A stretch of 64,000 nt of DNA, from NCBI GenBank assembly GCA_011364985.1, contig RDOC01000005.1, forward strand, positions 1 through 64,000. The letters run 5' to 3'. The DNA is from Candidatus Thorarchaeota archaeon (lineage in GTDB: Archaea > Asgardarchaeota > Thorarchaeia > Thorarchaeales > Thorarchaeaceae). Positions 28,718 through 38,001 of the stretch are shown here, one piece after another (positions within the stretch are counted from its first letter, which is position 1; each line of letters begins with the position of its first letter). The notes under the pieces were generated by a model. That model was not told the DNA's origin. It ran no database searches and worked only from the letters and a program-made list of their open reading frames with translations. Position numbers and translations under genes: made by a program.

Positions 28718-29881
28718 ATGTCGAGGAATGTTAGCATGCCTGTGAAGCCAAATTATGATGATAGCATTGTCAATCTTATGAGTTCAATCGCAGGGGCGCT
28801 TGGAGTTGAGAGTCCGTACGCACCACTGGACATGGGATTCTCTGATTTTGATGAAATAAGCAACATAGTACTTCTGATTGTAGATGGCGTAGGTTTCAAT
28901 TATCTGCAAAATCGGGGAAAGAAAACCCTGTTCCACAAATCACTCAGACGGCCAATAACATCAGTATTCCCGCCATCAACTGGCTCTGCAATTACTTCGT
29001 TCATGACTGGTTTGGCACCGCAGCAACACGCAGTGACTGGATGGTTCGTTTATCTGAAAGAGTATGGAATAATGTCTAGAATCCTGCCTTTCTCAACATG
29101 CATTGACTGGAATGTAATTGAAGCTTCGATTTCTGATGTAGTGAATACCCGTCCAATATTCGATAAGATAGATCGCAATCACATCATCCTTACACCCCAC
29201 AATATCAGCAATTCAAAATTCACCATCAATTTGAGGGGAGACGCACGTATCATAGGATACAATGAACTAGCCGACCTTTTTCAAAAAGCACAAAACACAG
29301 TGTCGAATAGCCTAGAGGGCTGTTTCTTGTATGCATACTGGGGGGTTTACGATAGTGTTAGCCACACACTTGGATCTAATAGTCAGGAGGCACAGCAACA
29401 ACTATGGGAGTTTGATGATGCACTTAAGCAATTCAGCGAGAAAATGGAAGGAACTGATACTATGATTGTCGTTACAAGTGACCATGGATTTCAAGATGTT
29501 TCTGAAGACAATATTGTTCACGCAGCCAACCATTCGGACTTAATGGATTGCCTCATCCTGCCATTCGGCGGAGATACGCGAGCAGCCTACTGCTATGTAC
29601 GCCCTTCGATGACTGATGCCTTTGAGAAGTATGTTTCGAACAAGCTGAGTCACGTCTGCCAGATTCGCTCCAGCACGGCAATGATTAGAGAAGGGTGGTT
29701 TGGGAACTTTGAACCAAATCCAAGACTTCAGGAGAGGGTTGGTGACTACATCCTGCTCGCGAAGAATGGATATTGCTTCATGAATTCCTTTCCGGGTCAG
29801 GAAGGAGCAGCTTTTCCTGGGCATCATGGTGGCGTATCAAAGGACGAAATGCTTGTGCCGTTGAGCACGATCTACTGTTAG
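28718..29881 (+). CDS. Alkaline phosphatase superfamily / type I phosphodiesterase
   Basis: LLIVDGVG, TSVFPPSTGSA, YDSVSH, TSDHG, GHHGG.S..EM. Confidence 0.92.
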   Translation: MSRNVSMPVKPNYDDSIVNLMSSIAGALGVESPYAPLDMGFSDFDEISNIVLLIVDGVGFNYLQNRGKKTLFHKSLRRPITSVFPPSTGSAITSFMTGLAPQQHAVTGWFVYLKEYGIMSRILPFSTCIDWNVIEASISDVVNTRPIFDKIDRNHIILTPHNISNSKFTINLRGDARIIGYNELADLFQKAQNTVSNSLEGCFLYAYWGVYDSVSHTLGSNSQEAQQQLWEFDDALKQFSEKMEGTDTMIVVTSDHGFQDVSEDNIVHAANHSDLMDCLILPFGGDTRAAYCYVRPSMTDAFEKYVSNKLSHVCQIRSSTAMIREGWFGNFEPNPRLQERVGDYILLAKNGYCFMNSFPGQEGAAFPGHHGGVSKDEMLVPLSTIYC

Positions 29882-30080
29882 CAGCTAATCCAAGTAACAT
29901 CGATAATATCTGACCTCACAACAGGGACCATTAATATAGAATGTTCATGATTGACCCAATTGCCACGTGTAAGGCCTTTGAATTACACTATTATGCGATG
30001 GAGAAGGGGAGGGGTTCATCATGTCTGGAGTACTGCTTTTTCTGTTGTGATGAATTCAAGGAGCAGTTTCCCCTTTGATC

Positions 30081-30764
30081 TTACCCTCCGAATAGTAGTC
30101 TTGCAATCAATCCGAAGAGAGCGATGTAGAAATTCCCACTTGGTGGAGCAATGAAGTCAAGTGAAAGATGGAAATATGGACGAAGAACCCAAGCCAATTG
30201 TGTTCCAACAAAGGCCAGTACACCTGTGCCTATCACCATTGCAGGAATCCATTTCTTATTCTCGCCATGAAGTCGGTTGAAGCCTTGCAGAAGGTATGCA
30301 ACGGCCGTAAATCCAGAAATTGTGAAGAAGAACACGTTCAGAAGAACTGTGAAAGCATAAGACGAAAAAGTTCGTTCAGGCGTAGTGAACATGAAGAAGA
30401 GAGTTACTGGAAGAAAGGAAATCAGCAAGGTCGCCATAGCAGTGATTGATACTGCAAAGAGTGCCGCCATTTGTCGGAAGCTGAGCTCGCCACCCAGGAT
30501 TCCGTTCAATACAAAAAAAGTCGGCAAAGAAACATAAACTGCGACAAGCAATAGTAAAGGGATTTTTATGGCATCATAGAAGATCTGGATTCCTCCTGCA
30601 TAAGTACCCATTACCATACCGTAAAGCAGTCCAAAAAGCACAGTAGCCAAGGTGGACGTAATCAGATGTTCCGTAATATTGCTTTTATCCTTGATATCTT
30701 GGTATACGCTCTCCCTGGCTTGAATATAGCGAGCGATTGTCTCAAAGAAGACCTCTCGATTCAT
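30081..30764 (-). CDS. Yip1-like membrane protein (QLAW.LRP family)
   Basis: 5-6 TM helices; DAIKIPLLL, FVGTQLAWVLRPYF. Confidence 0.8.
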   Translation of the reverse strand: MNREVFFETIARYIQARESVYQDIKDKSNITEHLITSTLATVLFGLLYGMVMGTYAGGIQIFYDAIKIPLLLLVAVYVSLPTFFVLNGILGGELSFRQMAALFAVSITAMATLLISFLPVTLFFMFTTPERTFSSYAFTVLLNVFFFTISGFTAVAYLLQGFNRLHGENKKWIPAMVIGTGVLAFVGTQLAWVLRPYFHLSLDFIAPPSGNFYIALFGLIARLLFGG

Positions 30765-30931
30765 TATTCCATCTCCTCTTATGAAAGTAGCAGCAAAGAA
30801 ACTGTATGCACAAAAGAAGGCATAGTAATTTCGATTAAAGAAGAGATGTACTATTTGAGCATCTTTATGAAGCACTGAAGAAACGAGATAGAAGTTCGTA
30901 ATTCATACCTTTGAAGCAATCTAACCAATCA

Positions 30932-31318
30932 CTATTGCCTATTTCTTATGGTCGGCAGCTGTTCAGCAAACAGAAACCCAAAAAGAAGGTCTATTGCCAC
31001 AATAAGAAGAACTCAAACAGAGCAGTCGCCAGCAATTGTGCGAAGAACATCAACGGAAAAGACTACCACCTTCCAGAAGACAGCCATTTGAATCAGTCCA
31101 TGTTTCTTGTGTACATTCAGGCTAACAAAGTAGAAACCCAATCCTAGCGAGAAGATGAAAGCCAAGAAGATATCGAACCAGAGTAGTGATATAGGTGTCT
31201 GTAGTCCAAAGAAAGAAAACGCATTTGGGATAGCAAATGAAAGTATCCCAAAGATAATCGCAAGGCTGCAATTTCAGAACGCACCAACCAAGAAGAGTAG
31301 TCTGTGGTATCGAACCGT
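30932..31318 (-). pseudogene. 4-TM membrane protein remnant
   Basis: RYHRLLFLVGAF*NCSLAIIFG...GLIQMAVFWKVVVF...SV*VLLIVAIDLLFGFLFAE; TGA at 31274-31276 and 31013-31015; no canonical start (ACG at 31318). Confidence 0.7.
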
Positions 31319-31463
31319 TCCGTGATTACCGACCCAGACATACAGGAGTTCAGCACTCTTATGATTTCACTTACGCGGGTGGCTCCAGTCTGTCTATTCG
31401 GTGGCGTGAAGAGAAACTGTCAAGATGAAAGAGTTCTAGTCTTTTCAGGACTGTGAGAGTAAT

Positions 31464-32357
31464 TCAGAGTAGCATTTGCATAGCCTTTGCTGTGCCCATG
31501 TTTCTAAGAGTGATTTCTAGGCCGGGGTCAAGAACAAGGGCACGATTATAACATTCCATCGCACGTTTTACCTCTCCCTTCTCTCTCAGCACAACTCCAA
31601 GATTGTTCCAACCCCGCGGGTCCTCAGGTGTTGAGATTGTGTAGGTTTCTAGATAGGGAACAGCATCAATCCATCGCTCAACGAACCAAAGTGAAGTTCC
31701 ATACCGGAATATGATTTCTGGTTGGTTCTCGTCGTAGTCTAGGCTCGATCTGTAGAAATCACAAGCTCGCTCATAGTTACCAGCTTCATAGCAGAGGCTG
31801 CCAACCATATTTAATGCGATGAGGGAACCCGGATGTAGTTCAATGGCCATATTCAGACTGATGCAAGCGGCGTTGTAGCGAGAAGTCTTTGCCTGACATA
31901 TGCCTCGTAGCTCCCATGCTTCATAGATATCATCATCAATATCAAGAACTCTTGAGGTGATCTTCAATACCGCCTTGCACTTACCTAGGTGGCTCGCGGC
32001 CTTAGCAAATGTAAGCAATGCCTCGAGATCCTCTCCTCCAACGTTTGAGTACTTTTGCAGAGTATCAAATGCCTCGTCATACAGCCCCATCGAGAATTCT
32101 AGCATTCCTAGATGAAGAAGCGGTTCAATCCATTGTGGCTTGAGATTAGCAGCCTTGATGAAGCTTCTTCTTGCCTTCTCAAGATCCCAAGCCTGCTGAT
32201 ATACCAATCCAAGGAGGTTCCATGCTTCAGCGAAAGCACTGTCTTCTTCAACAGCAGCAACTAGCGCTTCCTCTGCCGCACTCAGTTCTCCGAATTGTCT
32301 GTACCTTTCTCCCTTGCGATAGAGTATCATTGCTTCTTTACTGGCAGAAGGACTCAT
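31464..32357 (-). CDS. Tetratricopeptide repeat protein
   Basis: About 8 TPRs, e.g. AEAWNLLGLVY and GWNNLGVVLREKGEVKRAMECYNRAL. Confidence 0.92.
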   Translation of the reverse strand: MSPSASKEAMILYRKGERYRQFGELSAAEEALVAAVEEDSAFAEAWNLLGLVYQQAWDLEKARRSFIKAANLKPQWIEPLLHLGMLEFSMGLYDEAFDTLQKYSNVGGEDLEALLTFAKAASHLGKCKAVLKITSRVLDIDDDIYEAWELRGICQAKTSRYNAACISLNMAIELHPGSLIALNMVGSLCYEAGNYERACDFYRSSLDYDENQPEIIFRYGTSLWFVERWIDAVPYLETYTISTPEDPRGWNNLGVVLREKGEVKRAMECYNRALVLDPGLEITLRNMGTAKAMQMLL

Positions 32358-32493
32358 TCGTTGAGAACCCCGGTTCGTTTCACTATTGACAAGGACGTGC
32401 GTAAATCAAGAAGTAGCATTGAAGGTTTTTGAATGATTATCCGATGAAGGCCAAAGGCGAGTATCCCTTGTCAAGTAGAGAAAGAGAAGAGGC

Positions 32494-32517
32494 AGACGCC
32501 TTCTGAGGAAGGCGCCT
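32494..32517 (-). terminator. Hairpin terminator
   Basis: Minus strand AGGCGCCTTC-CTCA-GAAGGCGTCT followed by a pyrimidine tract; the G-U pair works only on minus. Confidence 0.7.
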
Positions 32518-32557
32518 AGTTACTGTTAGAACGGGTGATACCCAGCCAATTCTGAAT

Positions 32558-32755
32558 CTAGACAATATACCACCGTCTATTGTATTCAAGCTCTGAGTCA
32601 TCGATACCCCTCTCTGATTTTTGCTCTTCCTTCTTCTTCGAAGGAGGGGGATCTATGACGTTGGCTTTGGAACTCACGCTCTTATTGGATTCAGGATGTT
32701 CCTGTTCTGCTTTCGATGAGTTTAGGGTTATGATCTCCACCTCTATGGATTTCAT
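32558..32755 (-). CDS. Small disordered protein ending EYNRRWYIV
   Basis: 65-aa ORF followed by a strand-matched terminator. Confidence 0.5.
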   Translation of the reverse strand: MKSIEVEIITLNSSKAEQEHPESNKSVSSKANVIDPPPSKKKEEQKSERGIDDSELEYNRRWYIV

Positions 32756-33320
32756 GCTTGCTTCAGCAAGATTCGCATTACTGGACGATGACTCTCAAAG
32801 GCCTTGACACTGCTTAATCGTCCATAGCTCATGGAATCAGACGTTTGCCTTTCTATTAGCACATTCATGTTCAGTAGAAGGTGCAGTGAACAAGCATTGG
32901 TCAGCAAATGCCTGATTCGGTTTCAGGTTGGTCCTACGCATCACATTGTGCAGATTCTCGAAACATTGTGAGACCTCCTGAAACATACTGCTTCTTGTAG
33001 TATTCACTAGAAGTCAAATAGCTCAATCAAGATACAACCAAAGGCTGGTCTATATATCGTTTTCCAACAGAGTAATGCTACTCGCATTCCAAGTGTAGTT
33101 GTAGAGAGAGACCTTTGGCGACGCAGTCACTAAAGCGTAAAGACATCATCGTATTGGAGATTCAGGATTAAAAAGCCAGCGTTATCTATGAGAGCATCTG
33201 TGGGAATACAGAGACCGGTAAGGAACAGAAGAAACGAATGTTTCCCCTCATCTTGTCTGGTATGGTACTAATTCACAGGAGAAATGATCAACATTGTACA
33301 ATGCGTCAAGAGAAGATTCA

Positions 33321-33518
33321 ATGATTAAGAAAGAGAGCATCCTTGTGATTGTAATATGCCTAGTGTTTCTTCTTACAGATTTTGTACTTGCGGGATTACA
33401 TTCATATTTGGACGATTCCCAGCCGCCTGAGCAATTGCAATCATTGTTAGTATTCTTGGAGGATGAGGGCTGCTTCCTCATAGATTCGGCTTCTGATCCA
33501 TGCATCTGTCTTGCGTAG
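33321..33518 (+). CDS. Small hypothetical protein with N-terminal TM
   Basis: MIKKESILVIVICLVFLL...; weak support. Confidence 0.35.
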   Translation: MIKKESILVIVICLVFLLTDFVLAGLHSYLDDSQPPEQLQSLLVFLEDEGCFLIDSASDPCICLA

Positions 33519-33581
33519 CTGGAAAAAACCGATTCAAAGAAAGCTATTGGAGGACGGTCTGTCCTTAACCTCTCATGTGTA

Positions 33582-34769
33582 CTAGGCAATTTCAAGCCAA
33601 TCCTCTGATCTGGACAAGACTCTGCAGTCCCTTTCGGTAATGGCATATGTATCTTCAATTCCAAGAACTTCATGCCCAGGGAGAATCAGTTTTGGTTCAG
33701 ACGCCAAGATATTGCCTTCTTCAAGAGGTGGACCCCTAGAATAGAAGATAGGCAACTCATCAAGCTCAAGTCCCACACCATGTCCGATGAATGCAACTTT
33801 GTCTGTCTGGTATCCCATGAACTGGTCATTCACATCCAATTCCTTACTAAGCTCGATTACTTCAGTATATAGACTCCCGAGGCTAACGCCAGGCCGCATT
33901 CTATTGGTGATGAACTCCTTTATTTCTTGAAGTATCGTGAGTTTTCTTCTTGCATCCTTTTCGAATTTGCCGCAGACCAGCGTTCTAGTGGTATCAGAGA
34001 TATACCCATTGATGTTTCCACAACTATCAACCAAGAAGGGTCGATTGCGACCAAGTTTCCGTCGAGTTGGACCAAAGGGATGTTTGAGAGAGAGCCCTTG
34101 ACCAGATATAGGAGTGAAGAATGTGTTGAGAGAAGACGAGCTACTCGATACAACATATGAGTATATCAGCATTGATGAATTGAAAGCACGTGTCGTGATA
34201 TATCCTGCATGACCATGCTCCACAAGCCATGAATCCAGATGCATCGATAGCTCGATTTCTGTCATGTCGGGCGTCACAATTTCGCAACAGTGGACAAGAG
34301 ACTCATCAACCAAATCTGCCGCTTTCTCTATGAGGGTAATTTCGAATTCTGATTTCCTTGATCTGATTGTCCTGAAGATCGAACTGCCGTCTACAAGATC
34401 AATGCCCTTAACTCGGGATTTGAGAAAGGTCATGAGGGAGTAAGGAATGATGTCTGATTCCATTGCTATACGCGAGCCCTTCGAGATGCCAAGAGTCTCA
34501 AAGAGCTTGGATTGTCTGCCCATTGGTCGGACATCTGATATTCCTGAGTATGCGCTGACAAGATTTTCATTGCGTTCGGCAAGCCTCATGGCTTCACCAT
34601 CAGCAGGAACATAGACTGCGCCCGGGATTCCAATACCTGAGTAGTAGTACAGCTCTGTGGTGGAGAGAAGGATTGCGCCATCCAGATTTGCCTCTCTGAG
34701 GCTAACTTCAAGTCTCTGAATTCTACTGGAAATCTCATCCTTTGGAACCTTAAGATACACGTATTCCAT
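33582..34769 (-). CDS. Xaa-Pro aminopeptidase (M24)
   Basis: RSRKSEFEI, VD..GYISDTTRT, GHGVGLELDE, EP..IEDT. Confidence 0.93.
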   Translation of the reverse strand: MEYVYLKVPKDEISSRIQRLEVSLREANLDGAILLSTTELYYYSGIGIPGAVYVPADGEAMRLAERNENLVSAYSGISDVRPMGRQSKLFETLGISKGSRIAMESDIIPYSLMTFLKSRVKGIDLVDGSSIFRTIRSRKSEFEITLIEKAADLVDESLVHCCEIVTPDMTEIELSMHLDSWLVEHGHAGYITTRAFNSSMLIYSYVVSSSSSSLNTFFTPISGQGLSLKHPFGPTRRKLGRNRPFLVDSCGNINGYISDTTRTLVCGKFEKDARRKLTILQEIKEFITNRMRPGVSLGSLYTEVIELSKELDVNDQFMGYQTDKVAFIGHGVGLELDELPIFYSRGPPLEEGNILASEPKLILPGHEVLGIEDTYAITERDCRVLSRSEDWLEIA

Positions 34770-34906
34770 GCATATATTGCGATATATGCTCAATATGACT
34801 CCTGCGAATTGACGAAATTCCCGCGGATATACCTACCAGAATAAGTAATAATAGGAACTAAGCATGAATATTTGGAGGCGGATGTTAGATGACGAAGGTC
34901 GTAGAA

Positions 34907-35227
34907 ATGTCAAATGGACTTGGCAAAACCCCATGCGGCAGATGCAGCTGCATAATCGTCTATACTGGAGATTATTGCCTTTTCTGCGACGCAGCAAAAG
35001 AGATGCTTGGCGAAGCAATAGCGCACTATGGAGTATCAGATGCTGCAATTTGCCAAGTCGACGTTGACTCAGAAGACGGTTGCGGCTGTAATGACGGAAT
35101 CACAAGACTTCCGACAATCAGAATATGCAACGTCAAACTTGAGGGATTGCCTGATGAGAAGGAAATCACCGATGCGGTCCTAAGGGCACTTATGATGGAT
35201 TGCTTCTGCGAGGACCCAAGGTATTAG
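34907..35227 (+). CDS. Cys-rich thioredoxin/glutaredoxin-fold protein
   Basis: VYTGDYCLFCD active-site CxxC; LPTIRI cis-Pro loop; GLP. Confidence 0.75.
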   Translation: MSNGLGKTPCGRCSCIIVYTGDYCLFCDAAKEMLGEAIAHYGVSDAAICQVDVDSEDGCGCNDGITRLPTIRICNVKLEGLPDEKEITDAVLRALMMDCFCEDPRY

Positions 35228-35233
35228 AGATGA

Positions 35234-35713
35234 CTATCTTTTGTTTATGCCAGCCAGTCTTTTCAGAGGATTCTTGGCATGATTCATGACTGTCCTCTCT
35301 TGACCTTCAGTCTCTATGGCGCATGGTCGAACTGACCGGACTTTATTGATGACTGTCTGACCGTCTCTTTCTCCATAGATATAGATCTCAGCAAGTGCCA
35401 ACATTGTTCCTGTTCGTCCACAGCCTCCCAGACAATGAACCAAAATGGTCTTTCTCTTCTTCAGGGCACGATCGACAGCACGGATGAACTCGATTACGTT
35501 CTCATCAGAGGGAGAACTAAAATCGGGAATAGGGATGGTGACATGTTCTATTTCGAGTTCTGAGAAATCGGGAAGTTCAGAAATCAATTCCAAGGAGATA
35601 ACGAAATCAATTCCAGCTTCTTCGAGTTCCTCAAGGTCCTCTGCCGAGCTAGGTAAGGCGGAACCAAAGAGCTCGCCGCGCTTGAATTCAAAGAGATCTA
35701 CTGTAATTGCCAA
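35234..35713 (-). CDS. Dual-specificity protein phosphatase
   Basis: IPDFSSP; VHCLGGCGRTG (CX5R); RSVRPCAIET. Confidence 0.93.
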   Translation of the reverse strand: MAITVDLFEFKRGELFGSALPSSAEDLEELEEAGIDFVISLELISELPDFSELEIEHVTIPIPDFSSPSDENVIEFIRAVDRALKKRKTILVHCLGGCGRTGTMLALAEIYIYGERDGQTVINKVRSVRPCAIETEGQERTVMNHAKNPLKRLAGINKR

Positions 35714-35796
35714 CCACCTCGCCCATCTGCCAAAAAGCACTCAGAATGGATATGAGTGGAGAATCGCAATGTACGGATAAGCATTATGGCATGGTT

Positions 35797-36252
35797 CTAC
35801 AACTCCACGCGAATGGTTTCCCACCGCACTCGGCCAGTTTCAACAGCTTCCTTTATCATTCGCTCCGTCCGATTGAGCCTTGCATCACCAGTCTTGATAT
35901 CAGCCAATACAACCGTTATCGGAGCCTCTGATTGTTCATCTTTGGCAGAGGTATACCCGTCGAAAATGAGATAGTCAATGGGAGAACCAATGAATCGTGC
36001 ATCAGCAGGATTGAACTTAAACATATCAGGAAACATCGGAACCATATGTTCGGCAATCTTTCCCTTCAGTACATAGCGGCTTCGTTGTGCTGCATCCTTT
36101 CTAATATCGCCTTCCTGCTCAGCCCACATTCTGCGAAACTCAGCTTCCACCATTGAGATACGATGTTTTACACGCCAGTTCATTGCAAAATACACGAATA
36201 GTGCAATGAGCAGACCAATAGAGAGGCCAAGGGCCAATTCTTCAAAAGCCAT
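35797..36252 (-). CDS. Membrane-anchored Holliday-junction-resolvase-like nuclease (COG4741 type)
   Basis: N-terminal TM; SRYVLKGKIAEH, DARFIGSPIDYLIFDG, DIKTG. Confidence 0.9.
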   Translation of the reverse strand: MAFEELALGLSIGLLIALFVYFAMNWRVKHRISMVEAEFRRMWAEQEGDIRKDAAQRSRYVLKGKIAEHMVPMFPDMFKFNPADARFIGSPIDYLIFDGYTSAKDEQSEAPITVVLADIKTGDARLNRTERMIKEAVETGRVRWETIRVEL

Positions 36253-36460
36253 ACACTTCTTAGCTGAATCTGCAATATATGCTCAGGTAATTGCAGAGTA
36301 TTGTCTAGGTATAGCAAAAACATCAAGCTGAATGTGAGTTCTATATTGAAGATCCGCTATGGCCACAGATGATGCGGCTTCTTCTATTTGCAGTTCTAGG
36401 GAAAGAATATTAGTGCGCCCTGCACAAATGATTTCCAGCTGAGAAGACACTCGGGATGGT

Positions 36461-36871
36461 TTGGATAGAATGAAGGCTCAGACCAAACTAATCTGCATTG
36501 GGGTAGTCTTTATGATTTTGCTATCTGGAATCATCATTATGGCAGTGTTTGACGATGTTGATGGTCCTCTCATTTATCAAATTGATGTACTTCCCATCTC
36601 CCCACAACCAGGAGACTACATTAGCGTCATAATATATTGTATTGACCCTTCTGGAGTCTCCGGAGCAAGACTCTCATGGATGATCAATGGTGCAGAGTGG
36701 AAGAGCACGGATATGAATTTCTTCGCGTGCTTATGCATAGCAGGTGGCAGATGGGTGGCCAATTTCGGCCCAATGGGAGAAGGAGATCAAGCGCAGTTCT
36801 TTGTGACAGCCACTGATAATTCTCCATATCAGAACGAGGCTGATAGTCAGGTCTTCTCGGTAGAAATCTAG
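36461..36871 (+). CDS. Membrane-anchored Ig-like protein with CxC motif
   Basis: N-terminal TM; DPSGVSGARLSW...FFVTATDN beta-sandwich pattern; ACLCI. Confidence 0.75.
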   Translation: MDRMKAQTKLICIGVVFMILLSGIIIMAVFDDVDGPLIYQIDVLPISPQPGDYISVIIYCIDPSGVSGARLSWMINGAEWKSTDMNFFACLCIAGGRWVANFGPMGEGDQAQFFVTATDNSPYQNEADSQVFSVEI

Positions 36872-36890
36872 AGTAGATGAGTGAAAGAGA

Positions 36891-37082
36891 ATGAAACTTG
36901 AACTAATACTTAACCTCCTCATACTAATCCTTGGCATCATTGTCGCTATTGCACCTCATACATTCGCTCCCGTCTGTGTTACTGAGATGCGATGTTGGTT
37001 TACACGGGATATGGAAACAATCCTTGGTGTCGCCATCGCCATTCTTGGTTTTGTTGGAGCATACCGTAGCCTTGGGCAATGA
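36891..37082 (+). CDS. DUF4418-like small membrane protein
   Basis: APHTFAPVC...MRCWFT between two TM helices. Confidence 0.75.
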   Translation: MKLELILNLLILILGIIVAIAPHTFAPVCVTEMRCWFTRDMETILGVAIAILGFVGAYRSLGQ

Positions 37083-37106
37083 TATAGAAGAAATGGTGAA
37101 TCCAAC

Positions 37107-37586
37107 ATGAATTCGGAGCAGCGTCGACTGATTGAGATGGTTCTTGTCATCATCGGCTGCTTTACAATCTATACGTATACTACTGCCCTTCCCGTTAATC
37201 ACACATGTGAATGGACAGGCCTAATAATCCAGGACCGAATCGGGCATGAAGTAAGCTTCATTTACCATAACGGGAGCATAGAATACTATTGCTGTGTTAA
37301 TGTATCACTTCTTGCATTTGAGAGGCTAATGGGAACCGATTCAATTACTGAGCTCGCGAATATTCAGGTTCGATGTCCAATGTGCGGAATGCTGATGGAT
37401 TGGGATGACGAGATGATAGTCTGGGTCTATTCAACAGAGTATCTCAATCCAACAACCAAGGAGCCGACTATCGTTCCATTATGTGAAAACTATCACGAAA
37501 CAGAGATGTGTGAAGGACACTTCCTTGCAGAATACGGTGGTAGCATAATTGACAATCCCTTTGTATGGCATGGGGGTCTAGGATGA
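37107..37586 (+). CDS. NosL-like metal-binding protein with N-terminal anchor
   Basis: CEWTG, H...NGSIEYYCC, IQVRCPMCGM, FLAEYGGSII. Confidence 0.65.
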   Translation: MNSEQRRLIEMVLVIIGCFTIYTYTTALPVNHTCEWTGLIIQDRIGHEVSFIYHNGSIEYYCCVNVSLLAFERLMGTDSITELANIQVRCPMCGMLMDWDDEMIVWVYSTEYLNPTTKEPTIVPLCENYHETEMCEGHFLAEYGGSIIDNPFVWHGGLG

Positions 37587-37587
37587 T

Positions 37588-38001
37588 TTGGCAAAAAAGA
37601 TCCATTTGATTCTAGTTGCACTGGCAGTCTCATTGAGCTTCAACGCTGCGTTCATCGCCTTTCAAAACTCGGTGACCCATACCCCTTCATCATGGTCATT
37701 TTCAGATTTGGGACCTGCCTTGATGCAGGATTCGTATAGCAATCGTGCACCTGCGCTTGAATCTCCATTTGGAATGATTGGAGATATTCCGGGAGGGTAC
37801 CCACTATATGTGGGTTGCCCTCTTCAGTCAAACCCACCAGAGACTCTGTCGCCATGGATCCCTTCATGTGACTTTGGAGCATGGAATTTATTGACTGAAA
37901 ACATCGAAATGCTTCTAACAGCACTGCTCATTTCGCTTATTCCGCTTCTGGTAATTCTCGTACTTGGGAGGAAAAGCTTTGGGTCTGCAAAAACACAGTA
38001 A
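37588..38001 (+). CDS. Signal peptide + C-terminal TM protein with paired Cys
   Basis: TTG start immediately after the upstream stop; GCPLQ...PSC. Confidence 0.7.
   Translation: MAKKIHLILVALAVSLSFNAAFIAFQNSVTHTPSSWSFSDLGPALMQDSYSNRAPALESPFGMIGDIPGGYPLYVGCPLQSNPPETLSPWIPSCDFGAWNLLTENIEMLLTALLISLIPLLVILVLGRKSFGSAKTQ

Noticed and set aside
30932-31318. TGA read as Trp or Sec in a membrane gene with two in-frame TGAs
   Set aside because: TGA is an ordinary stop elsewhere in the window, the start codon is also lost and no SECIS was seen; TGG-to-TGA decay is simpler
32558-33010. Selenoprotein formed by reading through TGAs at 32837-32839 and 32795-32797
   Set aside because: No redox motif around the TGAs, and the downstream hairpin looks like a terminator without a SECIS core
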